From: Candidatus Multivoradales bacterium
GTDB taxonomy: Bacteria > Acidobacteriota > Thermoanaerobaculia > Multivoradales > J023
Direction of reading: 5' to 3'
Assembly (NCBI GenBank): GCA_965248925.1
Contig: CBDFLE010000006.1
Location: 5,154,601-5,218,600, forward strand
Length of the DNA: 64,000 nt
Both the position numbers and the translations under genes were made by a program. A model generated the notes under the pieces. It had not been told where the DNA came from. It did not search any database and saw only the letters and a list, made by a program, of their open reading frames with translations. The stretch's first letter is position 1. Each line of letters starts with the position of its first letter. Below, piece after piece: positions 63,754-64,000 of the stretch.

Positions 63754-64000
63754 AGGTGAGTCGTACTTTGAGATACCAGAAGCCCCTCTCGCGGAAGTAA
63801 CTCTTGGAAGTCATCTGCGATGACTTCCAAGTAGCCGTTATTGCTGAAAAATACGGCAAAGTGTTTCTTGGTCGCTACACTCCCCCAGATGCCGTTTGGC
63901 TCGATACTCAGAAGTTCCTTACACCACGCAGAATCGACGATCTCGACTAGTGAGTCGTAGCTCCCTTCTGCGAAGCCCAGGCTCTGCAATTCGCCACGAA
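63747..64000 (-). CDS. Probable immunity protein, 5' part outside the window
   Basis: Lower-GC small ORF in the same position relative to kptA as 47503-47883 but unrelated in sequence (LVEIVDSAW...KHFAVFF...LEVIADDF). Confidence 0.55.
   Translation of the reverse strand, partial: RGELQSLGFAEGSYDSLVEIVDSAWCKELLSIEPNGIWGSVATKKHFAVFFSNNGYLEVIADDFQELLPREGLLVSQSTTHLD

Overview
High-GC bacterial window, probably Acidobacteriota (suggested by an ADOP-type duplicated permease), in three parts. (1) 1-34.4 kb is the 3' part of a large NRPS cluster. A 5'-truncated multimodular NRPS ends in C plus a fused TauD/SyrP-type beta-hydroxylase. It is followed by two NRPS proteins that each start with an interface-type (LPALCAD) pseudo-C domain and an Asp-type A domain, then a terminal C-(dead A)-T-TE protein. 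Downstream lie a SyrD/PvdE exporter, an APH-fold kinase, a HisC-like PLP enzyme and an MrsA/MppJ-like 2-oxoacid methyltransferase. (2) 34.5-44.9 kb holds the ADOP permease, a collapsed IS66 element with an 8-bp TSD, a lipoprotein oligopeptidase B and a cryptic IS6 remnant. It also holds a transposase-free 3.8-kb element bounded by ~50-bp IS21-like inverted repeats that carries a decayed sigma54 regulator/pirin/nitroreductase/YcaC island. (3) 44.9-64 kb is a rearranged polymorphic-toxin region. It contains a 3543-aa Sec-signal, transglutaminase-like, Ig/YD Rhs protein with a ParB-like C-terminal toxin and an immunity gene. An immunity-kptA/XRE cassette occurs twice with different immunity genes. 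A 1.8-kb duplicated Rhs fragment, an IS21 element and an rve-type transposase pseudogene are also present. All calls are by eye from motifs; no database searches were run.
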